The notes under the pieces are model-generated. The model had not been told where the DNA came from. It worked only from the letters and a program-made list of their open reading frames with translations, and made no database searches. DNA of 63,922 nt, counting the filler, from Octopus bimaculoides (lineage: Eukaryota): the NCBI RefSeq assembly GCF_001194135.2. It is 6 parts of 6 records of this genome, joined end to end, with 100 filler letters (N's around TTAATTAATTAA, not from the genome) between each part and the next. Parts side by side here need not be neighbours in the genome. Positions count along the whole stretch, not along the records: positions 61,223 to 63,922 come from NC_068999.1; 5 more parts are not named here. One strand, 5' to 3'. The first letter of the stretch is position 1; every line of letters begins with the position of its first letter. Shown one piece after another: positions 62,949 through 63,922 of the stretch. The position numbers were made by a program, and so were the translations under genes.

Positions 62949-63020
62949 GTTATGTCAAATTATGTCGAAGGTCAGACAGTCGAAAAAGAAAGAAAAGAAC
63001 TGATTGTTTTTCTGGATAAA
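62949..63020 (+). CDS. Candidate 72-nt coding exon (unknown gene)
   Basis: TTCCTCTCTCTTTCTCTCTAG|GTT...AAA|GTAACT; phase 0/0; VMSNYVEGQTVEKERKELIVFLDK. Confidence 0.5.
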
Positions 63021-63922
63021 GTAACTAACTTGAGATAGGTATTGAAAATAGCAAAGCACATCTTTTAATGCTCTTTGTAAGACAATGTTTGTGATGTTTG
63101 AAACCATTTCTTTTTTTTCCATCGCTTTTATATCAAAACAAAATATATGATTCCTTTTCTAACGTAAAGGATTTTTGCATTATGGTGTTTCATTCGTTCC
63201 AGTATATTTAAGGCGTTAAATGTTCGCAGGCGTCTAGGGTGTTCCACTGAAAACTTCGTTTGGGTATATATCCAGTATTGCCTGGTACATCTAAATGTAT
63301 TAAATATGTTTTAAAAGCCACAACAACCAAATTACAGAAACCAAACAATACAGGTTGATGGACGTACGTACACCAGATATTTCAAAATTGCAGGTGTAGG
63401 ATACCATCAAAATGTATGTTTTTTCAGAAAATGCTTGGAAATCACCTAGAAACAACTTACTCCGTTCATTTGCAAAGAAGGCTTCCTAACCTTGAAATAT
63501 TGAAACGGCATTTCATATTCTTATAGTTTAGTATATCAATATTTAAATTTAAAAGAATTTTTTCATTCCTCGCATATTTTCCAACTTTCGTTTTTATAAT
63601 AACCGTTGAGTAGAAGCATGCACCCTCAACCCACAAAAAACAACTTAAAATATAGAAAAATAGTGTGTCACAGTGTCTCGTAATTTAATACACACGCTGA
63701 TAAGATTTACACTCATTTACTTCTTTATCTTTCTAAACTTTTCGTTGCTTCTTGCTACAATTTCAATAGTTGTTAACTCTGTCCATTATCCGAGTTGCGT
63801 TTGTTTTGTTTGTTTGTGCACGTGTGAGTGAGTGTGTGTGTATACACATGTAAGTATGTATGTATGCATGAATACATGCAAGTGAGTGTATGAATAAACG
63901 TGTTTTGCATATGTACATATGT

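Noticed and set aside
63387-63420. CAG|GTGTAGG...AAT|GTATGT micro-exon
   Set aside because: Poor pyrimidine tract and phase-incompatible with the 62949-63020 candidate.

Overview
AT-rich, repeat-saturated eukaryotic scaffold, roughly 16% N gaps by my tally. It is probably intronic or intergenic octopus DNA; this is inferred from the SINE landscape, microsatellite density and the 44N-TTAATTAATTAA-44N gap linkers, not from a search. No intact protein-coding gene, CRISPR array or rRNA is visible, and almost all long ORFs in the track are artefacts of N runs or simple repeats. Supported content: four tRNA-derived SINE families (my labels A-D); four R4/Dong-like non-LTR fragments; an internally deleted L1/Tx1-like LINE; a Penelope-like ORF relic; mariner, maT-like, Tc1 and MULE relics; several MITEs; three short minisatellites plus one cryptic diverged tandem array; and a few isolated candidate exons. 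The most notable observation is family D: a tRNA-like head, a (TAA)n/(CAA)n linker, and a tail containing a Penelope-type minimal hammerhead ribozyme motif. All loci where its head is visible show an inverted junction at the 5' end, and one head-to-head composite is flanked by a 12-bp direct repeat. This suggests a SINE-like element that may be mobilised by Penelope machinery. That interpretation is inference and is untested.
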